From Acidobacteriota bacterium (GTDB lineage: Bacteria > Acidobacteriota > Aminicenantia > Aminicenantales > Saccharicenantaceae), in assembly GCA_014894455.1 (NCBI GenBank), contig JADBLN010000057.1, forward strand, positions 2,003 through 66,002: a stretch of 64,000 nt of DNA, in the 5' to 3' direction. The notes beneath the pieces were generated by a model. The model saw only the letters and a program-made list of their open reading frames with translations, was not told the origin of the DNA and did not search any database. Position numbers and translations under genes: made by a program. Each line of letters opens with the position of its first letter. Position 1 is the stretch's first letter. Shown here piece after piece: positions 63,650 to 64,000 of the stretch.

Positions 63650-64000
63650 GGAAAGCCGCACGTTGTGGTCTTCTCGTCCTCCTTCTCGCCGGCTGTTTTT
63701 CCGCCCCGGCCAAGCGGTACTTCCAGATCGTCGTCACGGACACGAACGCCCAGCCCCATCCCAAGATCGGCAAGATCCTCTACATCGAGCCGGTCCGCGT
63801 CGACCCCCTCTACGACGACTTCCGGGTCATCTACCGCGTCTCTCTGTTCGAGCTCAAATATTACTCCTACGTGTTCTGGGCGAAGAAGCCGGACGCCCTC
63901 TTCCGCGAGGCGATGGGCGATTACCTCATCGAGAAGGAGGGCTTCCCCCGGGTGACACTCGACGTCCTCCAAGGTGACCCGGAGATCGTCCTGCGCTCGA
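63646..64000 (+). CDS. ABC-transport auxiliary lipoprotein (PqiC/DUF330-like), 5' part only
   Basis: The ATG at 63646 overlaps the mlaD stop (ATGA). It has lipobox LLLAGC. The frame is open to the window edge, which is why it is absent from the track. The sequence reads YFQIVVTD...LYIEPVRVDPLYDDFRVIYR. Confidence 0.7.
   Translation, partial: MRKAARCGLLVLLLAGCFSAPAKRYFQIVVTDTNAQPHPKIGKILYIEPVRVDPLYDDFRVIYRVSLFELKYYSYVFWAKKPDALFREAMGDYLIEKEGFPRVTLDVLQGDPEIVLRS

Noticed and set aside
1-64000. Search by eye for tRNA/rRNA genes, CRISPR arrays, IS elements, integrases, reverse transcriptases and phage genes
   Set aside because: I found no T-loop-like GGTTCGAATCC-type motifs and no regularly spaced short repeats other than the two-copy 37-mer. 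No ORF had transposase, integrase or RT motifs. Absence by eye is not proof; tRNAscan, Infernal or a CRISPR finder would be decisive.

Overview
This is a 64-kb, visibly GC-rich (about two-thirds G+C by eye, not computed) chromosomal segment from a diderm bacterium. The gene content looks like a saccharolytic Acidobacteriota/Aminicenantes/PVC-type genome, but that placement is inference only. It includes four Gfo/Idh/MocA oxidoreductases (three Tat-exported), two xylose-isomerase-like TIM barrels, a ThuA fragment, two 6-bladed beta-propeller proteins, a TIGR03663-type GT-C, a GH29 fucosidase, a malectin-domain hydrolase, alpha-2-macroglobulin plus PBP1C, and an Mla/MCE-like transporter. I call 48 protein genes (two hicAB toxin-antitoxin pairs among them) and one gene remnant. 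I also call four sigma-70-like promoters, one near-consensus sigma-54 promoter, a 53-bp perfect palindrome, a 37-bp tandem repeat and a ~150-nt multi-hairpin element. I saw no rRNA, tRNA, CRISPR array, transposase, integrase or phage gene. Most long track ORFs lying antisense to the called genes are GC-driven shadow ORFs. There is no recognisable classical defence island. The best candidates for something undescribed are: (i) a Tat-exported Gfo/Idh/MocA dehydrogenase translationally coupled to a membrane-anchored heptahaem cytochrome c and a His-bearing membrane protein (13.4-17.8 kb); (ii) a gene string of CHASE2 cyclase, PDE-like MBL hydrolase, cNMP-gated MscS channel and RCK K+ channel (17.9-23.5 kb); (iii) an operon of a PEP/pyruvate-binding multidomain protein, ApbE, a discoidin protein and a GT-C (0.3-6.7 kb); (iv) a periplasmic Tat-exported sugar oxidoreductase/isomerase/HEAT cluster (36-43 kb). 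All functional calls come from motif recognition in the translated ORFs, because no database search was possible. Small-motif coordinates may be off by 1-2 nt.
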